This document shows, one piece after another, positions 1 through 10,357 of a DNA stretch of 64,000 bases. The stretch spans positions 25,640 through 89,639 of the forward strand of contig CAWCVP010000012.1 in assembly GCA_963799055.1 (NCBI GenBank), read 5' to 3'. The DNA is from an uncultured Candidatus Rokubacteria bacterium. Its GTDB lineage: Bacteria > Methylomirabilota > Methylomirabilia > Rokubacteriales > DASRDR01. Position numbers and translations under genes: made by a program. Within the stretch, counting starts at the first letter, position 1. Every line of letters starts with the position of its first letter. The notes beneath the pieces are model-generated. The model did no database searches and was not told the DNA's origin. It worked only from the letters and a program-made list of their open reading frames with translations.

Positions 1-1
1 G

Positions 2-67
2 CCCGGCGTGGCCGGCAGTTCCTGGGATCGACTCCGAGAGATGGCGTACGAGGGTCGGGGCGGGTGA
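2..67 (+). CDS. 3' end of a VapB-type antitoxin (partial, runs off window start)
   Basis: Frame from position 2 reads PGVAGSSWDRLREMAYEGRGG*. Its TGA (65-67) overlaps the GTG start of the PIN toxin (GTGA coupling). Confidence 0.7.
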   Translation, partial: PGVAGSSWDRLREMAYEGRGG

Positions 68-498
68 TCGCCGTCGATACGAACATCCTCGTCTACGCCC
101 ACCGCGAAGATGCGCAGTGGCACGACGTGGCCCACGACCGGCTCACGGGGCTGGCGGAGGGGCGAGCGCCCTGGGCGATCCCGTGGCCCTGTCTCCACGA
201 GTTCCTTGCCATCGTGACCCATCCGAGGATCTACGCGCCTCCCACCCCGGCGGATGCGGCCATCGATCAGGTCGATGCGTGGCTCGAATCCCCGAGTCTG
301 ACCCTGTTGGCCGAATCCGAAGGGTACTGGCCGGACCTGCGGACGACGCTGCGCGAGGGAAGGATCGTTGGTCCGCTGGTTCACGACGGCAGGGTGGCGG
401 CGTTGTGCCGCCTCCATGGCGTCCGCGAGTTGTGGACCGTCGACCGTGACTTCGGACGGTTCCCTGGGCTCACGGCCCGAAATCCCCTCGTCGGCTGA
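64..498 (+). CDS. vapC: VapC family PIN-domain ribonuclease toxin
   Basis: N-terminal IAVDTNILVYA, conserved E in CLHEFL, VHDGRVAA and C-terminal TVDRDF; 144 aa. Confidence 0.93.
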   Translation: MIAVDTNILVYAHREDAQWHDVAHDRLTGLAEGRAPWAIPWPCLHEFLAIVTHPRIYAPPTPADAAIDQVDAWLESPSLTLLAESEGYWPDLRTTLREGRIVGPLVHDGRVAALCRLHGVRELWTVDRDFGRFPGLTARNPLVG

Positions 499-531
499 CG
501 CGTTGCGCTCGAGGCCGGGGAGAGAGAGCCG

Positions 532-2523
532 ATGACCGAGCCGGCTCGCCGCCCGATGGTGCCCGAGGACCTCCTGCGGATCCGGTTCGCGAGCGATCCC
601 CAGATCTCTCCGGACGGGCGCCGCGTCGCCTTCGTCGTCACCACGCTGTCCGACGTGCGTGACGAGTATCTCTCCACGATCTGGATCGTCGACGCGGACG
701 GCGGCGACGCCCGCCCGTTCACACGTGGCCCACGCCGGGACACGGCCCCCCGCTGGTCTCCGGACGGCCTGCGGCTTGCTTTCGTGTCGGAGCGGGAGCG
801 CAAGGTCAAGGGCCAGCTGTACGTGATGCCCGCGGACGGGGGCGAGCCCGTCCGGCTGACCGATCAGCGGCACGGGGTGTCGAGCCCCGTCTGGTCCCCG
901 GACGGCGCCCGGCTGGCCTTCGTGGCGCGGGTCGGCGGCTGGGAGGAGCCCAGGGACGAGGAGGAGCGCGAGCGGTCCAAGCCCCCTCGGATCATCGACG
1001 TCCTCAAGTACAAGTCGAACGGGACCGGCTTCACTTACGACCGGCCCCGGCAGGTCTTCGTGGTCGGCGTGGCCGGCGGCACCGCCCGCCAGCTCACCGA
1101 CGCTCCCTTCGACCACCAGTACCCTGCGTGGTCCCCGGATGGCCGGTCGCTGGCGTTCGTGTCCGCGCGCCACGCCGACCGCGACGAGGACAGCGCGGCC
1201 GACGTCTGGGTCGTGCCAGTGGAGGGTGGGGAGCCGCGCCGGCTGACGTCGACGGCGGGGCCGGTGTCCTGGCCGGCGTTCTCGCCCGACGGTCGAGCGG
1301 TCGCGTACCTCGGGCACTCCCATCCGCGCGAGGTGTCGCGCCACCATCGCGTCCATACCGTGCCCGTTGCCGGTGGCCCGGCGGTCTGCCTGACCGGGTC
1401 GCTCGACCGGAACTGCGAGCCGATGCTGGGCGCGGGGGCCGTGGGGCCGCAGTGGCTCGGGCGGACGGGCGCGCTCCTCTTCCAGGTCGAGGACCAGGGC
1501 GACGTGCCGCTCTACCGGGTCGTGGCCACGCCGGGGGCGTCGTCGGAGCGCGTCGTCGGCGGCACTCGCCAGGTCACCGCGTTCTCCGTGTCGGAGGACG
1601 GCGCGCGCATCGCCTTCAGCGCCACGGACGACGTGTCACCCTCGGAGATCTTCGTCTGCCGGGCCGACGGCACCGGGGAGCGCCAGCTGACGGACCTCAA
1701 CCGAGAGTGGAAGGCCGAGGTGGCCCTCGCGCGCCCCGAGCGCTTCCGGTTCGAGCGCGCGGGGTTCGTGGTCGACGGCTGGGTCATGCCGCCGATCGGC
1801 CGCGAGGCGGGCCGGCGCTACCCGGCGCTCCTCAACGTCCACGGGGGGCCCGCGAGCCAGTATGGCCACCGCTTCTTCGACGAGTTCCAGGTCTACGCGG
1901 GCGCGGGGTACGCGGTCGTGTACCTGAACCCCCGCGGCAGCCGCGGATACGCCGAGGCGTTCGCGCGCGCGGTGGTCGGCGACTGGGGCGGCGGCGACTA
2001 CGCCGACGTCATGACGGGGCTCGACGAGGCGCTGCGCCGGCATGCCTTCCTCGATCCCGAGCGCCTGGGGGTCATGGGCGGGAGCTACGGGGGCTACCTC
2101 ACGAGCTGGATCGTCGGCCACACCGACCGCTTCCGGGCCGCGTGCTCGGAGCGCGCGGTCAACTCGATGTGGAGCATGTTCGGGACCAGCGACATCGGCC
2201 ACGCCTTCCAGGAACAGCACGCCGAGGGCCGTCCGCCCTGGGACGACCTCAAGTGGTACCTCGAGCGCTCGCCGCTCTCCTACGCCCGGGACATCCGCAC
2301 CCCGCTCCTGATCATGCACTCCGAGGACGATCTCCGCTGTCCGATGGAGCAGGCGGAGCAGCTCTTCGTCGCGCTGAAGAAGCTCCGCCGGACGGTGCGC
2401 TTCGTCCGGTTCCCCGACGAGGACCACGAGCTCTCGCGCTCCGGCCGGCCGCGCCACCGGCTCGCGCGGTTCCGGATCCTGCTGGAGTGGTTCGCCGAGC
2501 ACCTGCCTCCGGGCGCGTCCTGA
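532..2523 (+). CDS. S9 family peptidase (acylaminoacyl/dipeptidyl peptidase) with WD40-like PD40 propeller
   Basis: Repeated P.WSPDG motifs; VHGGP; nucleophile elbow GGSYGG; D in HSEDDLRC; H in DEDHEL. Confidence 0.95.
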   Translation: MTEPARRPMVPEDLLRIRFASDPQISPDGRRVAFVVTTLSDVRDEYLSTIWIVDADGGDARPFTRGPRRDTAPRWSPDGLRLAFVSERERKVKGQLYVMPADGGEPVRLTDQRHGVSSPVWSPDGARLAFVARVGGWEEPRDEEERERSKPPRIIDVLKYKSNGTGFTYDRPRQVFVVGVAGGTARQLTDAPFDHQYPAWSPDGRSLAFVSARHADRDEDSAADVWVVPVEGGEPRRLTSTAGPVSWPAFSPDGRAVAYLGHSHPREVSRHHRVHTVPVAGGPAVCLTGSLDRNCEPMLGAGAVGPQWLGRTGALLFQVEDQGDVPLYRVVATPGASSERVVGGTRQVTAFSVSEDGARIAFSATDDVSPSEIFVCRADGTGERQLTDLNREWKAEVALARPERFRFERAGFVVDGWVMPPIGREAGRRYPALLNVHGGPASQYGHRFFDEFQVYAGAGYAVVYLNPRGSRGYAEAFARAVVGDWGGGDYADVMTGLDEALRRHAFLDPERLGVMGGSYGGYLTSWIVGHTDRFRAACSERAVNSMWSMFGTSDIGHAFQEQHAEGRPPWDDLKWYLERSPLSYARDIRTPLLIMHSEDDLRCPMEQAEQLFVALKKLRRTVRFVRFPDEDHELSRSGRPRHRLARFRILLEWFAEHLPPGAS

Positions 2524-2748
2524 CGGGCGGCCGGGTTCATCGACGGGAACAAGCGGACCGCCCTTCTTGCGGTGCATCTCCTTGTGGAGAGAAGCGGTTG
2601 GACCTTCGTGCCGGGCACGGAGGGTCAGATTGACGAGATGCTTGTCGCCGTCGCGACAGGCGACCTGACTGTCGGCGAGATCGAGGACTGGTATCGGGTC
2701 CGGCTCCGCATCCGACGTGCGGGGCGGAGGGTCCGTCGAGGGCCTTGA
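2524..2748 (+). pseudogene. Doc/Fic (death-on-curing) toxin C-terminal remnant, no start codon
   Basis: Not in the ORF track. Frame 1 after the peptidase stop reads RAAGFIDGNKRTALLAVHLLVERSGW...MLVAVATGDLTVGEIEDWYR...*, i.e. the Doc motif (H-x)-F-x-D-G-N-K-R-T without its His. Confidence 0.75.
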
Positions 2749-3864
2749 GGCGTCTCGTCCTTGTGGGCGGGGGACACGCCCACGTCCACGTGCTGGCGGA
2801 CCTCGCGGCCCGTCCGCTGGCCGGTGTCGAGGTCGCCCTCGTGTCGCCCTCGCCCCATCACCACTACTCCGGCATGGTGCCGGGTTTTCTGCAGGGCACG
2901 TACGCCGAGTCGGAGCTGACGCTCGACCTCGGCTGGCTCGCCGCGCGCGCCGGCGCCCGGCTCCTCGAGGGGCTGGCCGACCGAATCGACGTCGCGGGCC
3001 GTGTCGTGGCGGTGGGCGACGCGCGTCTTCCCTTCGACGTCCTGTCGCTGGACGTGGGATCGGATCCGGCCGGCCTCGACGTGCCCGGGAGCGCGCGAGC
3101 ATGCGGTGACCATCCGACCCATGCGGCGGGCGGTGGAGCTCCGGGCGCGCGTCGACGCGCTGGCGACCGCGACGCGGCGCGATCCGGTTCGCCTCGTCGT
3201 CGTCGGAGCGGGGGCGGGGGGCGTCGAGGTGGCGCTCGCCCTCCACCGGCGAGTCGGCGAGGCCGGCGCCTTGCCCGAGGTCACCCTCGTCGAGGCCGCC
3301 CCGGACGTCTTGCCTGGCTACGCGGCGGCGGTGCGCCGGCGCGCGGTGGGCATCCTCAGCCGGCGTGGCGTGACGGCGATGACGGGAGCCGCCGTGAGCC
3401 GGGTGGAGAGCGACGCCGTCGACCTCGCGAGCGGCGCTCGCATCCCGGCGGACCTCGCGATCTGGCTGGCCGGCGCCGCGGGCCCAAGCGTCCTGGCGTG
3501 ATCGGGTCTGCCACTCGATGCCCAGGGCTTCCTGCTGGTCGGGCCCACCCTTCGGGCGGTGGACGGCGCGCCCGTCTGGGGCGCGGGGGACTGCGTCACG
3601 CTGTCGGACCACCCGGACACGCCGAAGGCCGGCGTCTACGCGGTTCGCCAGGGTCCGGTGCTGGCGCGGAACCTCCGGGCCGCGCTCGGCGAGGGAACGC
3701 CGGGCACGTACGCTCCGCAGAGGACCTTCCTGTCGCTCCTCAACACCGCGGACGGGCGAGCCCTCCTCCGCTGGCACGGCGTGGTCAGCCACTCCCGCTG
3801 GGCCTGGCGGCTCAAGGACCGCATCGACCGCCGCTTCGTTCGCCGGTACCGGCCGCCTCGATGA
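2745..3864 (+). CDS. FAD-dependent pyridine nucleotide-disulfide oxidoreductase (family found N-terminal to SelD); one frameshift (~3089) and an in-frame TGA (3499-3501)
   Basis: LVLVGGGHAH...YSGMVPG, second dinucleotide fold VVGAGAGGVEVA, WGAGDC, PKAGVYAVRQGP, WRLKDRIDRRF; rebuilt from ORFs 2745, 3001 and 3559. Confidence 0.85.
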
Positions 3865-4193
3865 TCCGGCGCGGCCCGCCCCTGCCACTTGCGCCGTTGC
3901 CGAGGGCGGCCTACGGTGGACCAGTCGCGCGTGAGCGACCGCGGAGGAGGACGGCGGGCTATGGGACTCGAGCGCTGTTCTGGTCCGGCGCGGTGCTGGT
4001 GGGGCTCATCGTGCAGCAGAGCGCGGTGTGGCTATTCGGCCCCGGCGCGAATCGTTGGCTCGGGATGGCCCTCCTGTTCGTCGTCCTGCTCTCGGTCCCG
4101 GCGATCCTCCTGACCAGTCGAGTCGAGGGGGTGAGCCGCTGGCGGCGGTGGCGGGACGCCCGTCAGCGCGCCCTCAAGCACCACCGGAGCTGA
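3861..4193 (+). CDS. small membrane protein (2 predicted TM helices), hypothetical
   Basis: ATGA overlap with the upstream stop; hydrophobic stretches ALFWSGAVLVGLIV and WLGMALLFVVLLSVPAILL. Confidence 0.5.
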   Translation: MIRRGPPLPLAPLPRAAYGGPVARERPRRRTAGYGTRALFWSGAVLVGLIVQQSAVWLFGPGANRWLGMALLFVVLLSVPAILLTSRVEGVSRWRRWRDARQRALKHHRS

Positions 4194-4908
4194 TCCCGCC
4201 GACTCGGCGGTCGGGCGCCGCGGGCGCCGCCGTCCTGTAGTACCAGCGGTGCAAGCGGTCCGGCTCAACGCCGCACGCATAGAGCGCGCGGAGCGCCCAC
4301 ATCAGGACGATCGTCCGCGCCACGCCCTCGCGCTCCCACTTCCGTGCGGAGGTCGTGACCCGCAAGGGGAGCGCCGCCAGGCGACCCGTGCGCTTGAGCC
4401 GTCGCGTGAGGTCGACGTCCTCCATGAGCGCGATCTCCCGGTAGCCGCCGAGCGCCCTGAACGCTGCGCGACGCACGAAGATCGCCTGGTCTCCGGTGCA
4501 GATCCCCGTCAGTCGCGAGCGGAGGTTCATGAGGGCGGCGATCAGCCGGAACACGGGCCGAGGGCTGTCGAACCGGACGTCGAATCGACCGTAGACGAAC
4601 GACGGGTCGGCGAGGGCCTCCAGGACGGCGTCGGCCGACCCCGGCGGCAGCATCGTGTCCGCGTGGAGGAACAGGAGGACTTCGCCTCGGGCCCGAGCCG
4701 CGCCGGCGTTCATCTGGCGCCCCCGGCCTCGCCCGCTCGACACCAGTTGCACGCCGGGGCGCCGCGAGGCGACGTCCGCGCTCCCGTCCTGGCTCCCGCC
4801 GTCCGCGACGATCACCTCGGCGCCGGGACACGTCTGGCCGAGCGCCGACAGGAGCGCCTCGAGGTGCCGGGCGTCGTCGAGCACGGGGACGACCACCGAC
4901 AGGCTCAT
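4174..4908 (-). CDS. GT2 glycosyltransferase, rSAM/selenodomain-associated transferase 2 (TIGR04283-like)
   Basis: MSLSVVVPV, DGGSQD, RGRQMNAGA, LLFLHADT, GDQAIF, MEDVDL, TSARKW; ATG at 4908 overlaps the upstream stop. Confidence 0.9.
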   Translation of the reverse strand: MSLSVVVPVLDDARHLEALLSALGQTCPGAEVIVADGGSQDGSADVASRRPGVQLVSSGRGRGRQMNAGAARARGEVLLFLHADTMLPPGSADAVLEALADPSFVYGRFDVRFDSPRPVFRLIAALMNLRSRLTGICTGDQAIFVRRAAFRALGGYREIALMEDVDLTRRLKRTGRLAALPLRVTTSARKWEREGVARTIVLMWALRALYACGVEPDRLHRWYYRTAAPAAPDRRVGGISSGGA

Positions 4909-5657
4909 GCGCGCCGGCTCGGCTGCTCCGGGGCGAGGAGGTCCCGCGCGGCCCGGCTCCGACCCGCAAGCCATCGAGGGGCAAGGGAGACGACGACGAT
5001 CAGGACTGCCGCGGCGGTCAGGGTCCACCCGATGCGCGCCGGGCTTCCCCCACCCGACAGCGCCCCGCCCGCGAGCGTGAAGGCGATGGTCCCCGGGAGG
5101 ATGCAGAGTGCCGTCATGCCGGCGTAGGTCCAGAAGGGGATCCGCGTCAGGCCGTACGCGAAGTTCTGCAGGTTGAACGGAAAGAGCGGGACGAGGCGCG
5201 TGATCATCAGGATCCGCCAGCCGTGGCGCTCGACGGCTGCGTCGATGCGTGCGAGCCGTGGGTTCTCCTCCGTCCAGTGCCTGACGACATCTCGCGCCAG
5301 GTAGCGGGCGACGAGAAACGCGAGCGCCGCCGACAGGGTGGCCGCGATCCAGACGTAGACCACTCCCCACACCGGGCCGAACACGATGCCGCCGAGGAGC
5401 GTCAGGGGAAGGGCTGGCACGAAGAGGAGCTCCGCGACGACGTAGCCTCCCACGTACAGCGCGGGACCCCAGGCTCCGTAGCCTTCGATCACGGCCCTCA
5501 GGCGGGCGAGCTGCTCCGGACGCGCCCAGGTATGGAGCCCGAGGCCCCACGCCAGGCCGCCGGCCAGGACCAGCCCCAGGACGAGGGCGGCCGGCCCGCC
5601 GAGGCGAGCGTGGCGCGCTGCCGCGCGAGCCGGATCGTTGGCAGGAGCCCGGCTCAC
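4905..5657 (-). CDS. TVP38/TMEM64 (DedA/SNARE-associated) membrane protein
   Basis: LFVPALPLTLLGGIVFG, RLVPLFPFNLQNFAYGLT; GTG at 5657 overlaps the upstream stop. Confidence 0.9.
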   Translation of the reverse strand: MSRAPANDPARAAARHARLGGPAALVLGLVLAGGLAWGLGLHTWARPEQLARLRAVIEGYGAWGPALYVGGYVVAELLFVPALPLTLLGGIVFGPVWGVVYVWIAATLSAALAFLVARYLARDVVRHWTEENPRLARIDAAVERHGWRILMITRLVPLFPFNLQNFAYGLTRIPFWTYAGMTALCILPGTIAFTLAGGALSGGGSPARIGWTLTAAAVLIVVVSLAPRWLAGRSRAARDLLAPEQPSRRA

Positions 5658-7173
5658 CGCGTCCACCTCAGCCAGCCTCCGAGCACCGCGCGCGCCACGG
5701 GGGTCAGCCGCCGCCGCCGATGGCGATCGGCGACATGGCGCACCGCCTCGGCCTGCGTGGGATAGGGGTGGATCACGCTCGCGAGGCGACTGAGCCCGAT
5801 CCGGGCGCCGATGGCGAGCGTCAGCTCTCCGAGCATCTCGCCGGCGGACCGCGCGACGATCGTGGCGCCGACGATCCGGTCGGTGCCCTTCCGCACGTGC
5901 ACCTTGACGAAGCCCTCGGTCTCTCCGTCGATGATCGCGCGGTCCACGTCGCCCATCTGGCGCACGAGCGTGTCGATCGCGATGCCGCGCTCGCGCGCCT
6001 CGCGCTCGTTCCAGCCGACGTGGGCCACCTCGGGGTCGGTGTACGTGCACCACGGCATCACGAGCCGGCTCAGCCGCCGCCGGCCCGCCAGCCCGAAGAG
6101 CGCGTTCTGGACGACGATCCGTGCGGCGGCGTCGGCGGCGTGGGTGAACTTCCATCCGAGGCACACGTCGCCGGCCGCATAGATCCGCGGGTTCGTCGTC
6201 CGGAGGTGGTCGTCCACGACGACACCCTCGCGCGTCGCCATCACGCCGGCCACCTCGAGCCCGATACCCGCGACGTTGGGCACGCGCCCGGTCGCCACGA
6301 GGATCTCGTCGACCGTGACGACGGTCTCCCGTCCGGCATCGAGGCGCAGGACCTTTCGCGGACCCTCCCGCGTGACGCCGCCGCTCGTGACGCCGAGGAC
6401 CACGCGGACCCCGTCCCGGAGGAGCGCCTGCCGGACGACCTCGGCCGCCTCCGGGTCCTCGCGCGGCAGGAGCTGCGTTCCCCGGCTGAGCAGCGTCACC
6501 TCCGCGCCGAGACGTCGGAACGCCTGGGCCAGCTCGCAGCCGACCGGTCCGCCACCCACCACCGCCAGATGGCCGGGCCGCTCTGTCAGGTCGAAGACGG
6601 TCTCGCTCGTGAGGAAGCCCGCTTCGGCCAGGCCCGGGATCGGCGGATGCCCGGGCCGCGCCCCGGTGGCGACGACGGCCCGGGCGAAGCGCAGCGTGCG
6701 CCCGTCCACCATGAGCCGGTCGGGTCCGGTGAACGCGGCGTCGCCCAGGAACACGTCGACGCCGAGCTCACGGCTGAAGCGCCGCGCCGAGTCGTGGTGG
6801 CTGATCTCGGCGCGGACCCGCCGCATCCGCTCCATGACGGCGCCGAAGTCGACGTCCACTCCGGCGGTGCCCTTCACGCCGAGTGACGCGGCGGCCCGGA
6901 GCTCCCGGACGACACGCGCGGAGCGGATGATCGCCTTCGAGGGGACGCACCCGGTGACCAGGCAGTCGCCGCCCATGAGGTGCCGCTCGACCAGGGCGAC
7001 CCGGGCGCCGAGGCCGGCGGCCCCGGCGGCGGCCACGAGCCCCGCCGTCCCGGCGCCGATCACCACGAGGTTGTAGCGGCGGGCCGGCTCCGGGTTCCGC
7101 CAGTCGGACGGGTGAACTTGCTCGATCAGCGCCCGGTTGTGGACGTCGTCCGGCGCCGGGCGGGGCGGAGACG

Positions 7174-7177
<4 letters not shown>
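5654..7177 (-). CDS. class I pyridine nucleotide-disulfide oxidoreductase (mercuric reductase/LPD-like)
   Basis: VIGAGTAG, redox disulfide GGDCLVTGCVPSK, VVGGGPVGCE, C-terminal HPYPTQAE; no C-terminal Cys-Cys. Confidence 0.92.
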
Positions 7178-8294
<1,117 letters not shown>

Positions 8295-8295
<1 letters not shown>

Positions 8296-8630
8296 TACGC
8301 CATCCCGGCGTGCCGCGCGTGCTCGAGCATCTGCACCCCATGGACGAGCGAGGCCCCGCCCCGGATGGCGGCCGCCACGTGCACGGCCTCCGTCATCTGC
8401 TCGAGGTCGGCGCCCTTCTCCAGGCACGTCTTCGTGTAGGCGTCGATGCAGTACGGGCACTGCACGGCGTGCGCGACGCCCAGCGCGATCAGCGCCTTCT
8501 CCCGCTCGCCGAGCGCGCCCTCCGCGAAGACCGCGTTGTACCAGGCGAAGAACTTCTCGGCGAGGTCGGGGTTTCCTTGGGCGATCGAGCCGAACTGTCC
8601 GAGGTGCTCGGGCGCGTAGTAGCTTGCCAT
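8295..8630 (-). CDS. arsenosugar-associated peroxidase-like protein (AhpD/carboxymuconolactone decarboxylase family)
   Basis: REKALIALGVAHAVQCPYCIDAY (CxxC), EAVHVAAAIRGGASLVHGVQM; GGAGG RBS upstream; adjacent to arsS. Confidence 0.88.
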
Positions 8631-8712
8631 TGGTCCCTCCACGGGGTTGCGCGTGTAGCGTGTACCAGGTCGCGCGCGTCGTATGTCAAAGGGCTGTCAA
8701 CTCGTCGGCAGT

Positions 8713-10234
8713 TCACGGCCCGGCGTCCGCGCCGGCCGGCATGCGCCAGGGTGGAGGGGCGAGCCGCCGGCGCCCGTCCTTCGTCAGGCGGACCCCGGCA
8801 TCCTCCGGCGTGAAGTCGCGATCCCAGAGCTTGCAGGTCACCTGCTTGTGGCGCTGGTCCAGACCCTCGCAGTAGTTCGTGAACTCGCACCGGCGGACCA
8901 GATGCCCCAGGCCGAGGCGGACCTTCCGGAACCAGTCCGGGTCGGCGAGCGTCTGGCGTGCCGCCGCCACCACGTCCGCCTCCCCCCGCGCCAGGATGCC
9001 CTCCGCCTGGTCGAAGGTCGAGACACCGCCGCTCGTGACGACGGGGGTCTCGTGACCCGCGGCTCGCAGGGCCGCCCGGATGGCCGCCGCCAGGGGCACG
9101 TTGCGGCCGAACGGACCTCGCTCGTCCGAGAGCACGGTGGGCATGCACTCGGCGCCCGACTCGCCCGTGTACGGGATACACCGCTTCCCCGATCTTCGGC
9201 TGCCGGGCATCCTCGAAGCGCCCGCCCTTCGACACCGACAGGTAGTCGACGCCGGCGTCGGCGAGGCGGACGCCGAACCAGGCCGCGTCGTCGAGGTCGT
9301 TGCCCCCGGACACCACGTCGTGGCCGAGGTAGCGAACGCCCACCACGTAGTCCGTCCCGACGCGGTTCCGGACCGTGAGGAGCACCTCCAGGGGCAGCCG
9401 GATCCGCTGGGGCCGTGACCCGCCGTAGCCGTCGTCGCGGCGGTTCAGCCGCGACAGGAACGAGGCCATCGTGTACGCGTGCGCGTAGTGGAGCTCGACG
9501 CCGTCGAAGCCCGCCTCGCGCGCGCGCCGCGCCGCCTCGGCGAAGAGGTCCGGCAGGACGCGGGGCAGGTCCCGGATGTGGGGCAGGTGGAGGTCCCCGA
9601 TGCGCTCGCGGTAGCCGAAGTCGAGCGCCTCCAGCTCGCGCGCGGTGAGCACCTCCTCGACGAGAGCGCGATCCGCCAGGGCCAGCCGCATCCGGACGTC
9701 GGTCTCCGACGCGACTGCCGCATCCCGCCAGCGCGCCTCGCCGAGCGCCTCGGCCAGGCGCTGCCGCAGGTCGTCCCCGATGGCCAGGTAGCGGGCGAAG
9801 TAGGTCGCCGGCTCCGGCCGCCGCCTCACCGCGACGAAGTCGATGATCTGGATGAAGAGGCGGGTCCGACCCTCGCTACGCTCCTTCACCGTCTCCACCA
9901 GGTGGCGGAGTCCGGGGATGAAGCGGTCGCCGCCGATGCGCAGGAGCGGGCCGCTCGGCACGTCCCGGATGCCCGTCGCCTCCACGACGAGCACGCCGGG
10001 CTGGCCCTCGGCGAACCGCGCGTACCACTCGAGCACCTCGGGCGTGACGTGGCCGTCGTCGGTCGCCCGCCAGGGGACCATCGCCGGCACCCAGGTGCGC
10101 TCGGCCGCCACGCAGCGGGGGCCGAGGCGAAGGGGGGAAAACCAGCGCGCCTGCGCCGCCTCCGCGCGCGTCGGCCAGCGCGCCGGGGGCAGCGGGTGTC
10201 GGACGCGGGGCCGCGGCGGCGACGTGACGGCCAC
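8713..10234 (-). CDS. NADH:flavin oxidoreductase (Old Yellow Enzyme superfamily); frameshift ~9175
   Basis: PAMVP, LVVEATG, EAGFDGVELHYAHAY...FLS..NRRDDGYGGS, RQTLADPDW; two ORFs (10234 and 9210) join. Confidence 0.87.
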
Positions 10235-10357
10235 GGGGCCAGCTTACCCGGGGGCGCGCCGGGCGGCCACTCGCGTGCGTCGCGGATCCGGACGGATCGG
10301 GAGGCTCCCGTTTGTTGACCCCGAAACGGCGCGGGTGCTACGGTTCGGACCGTGCGC

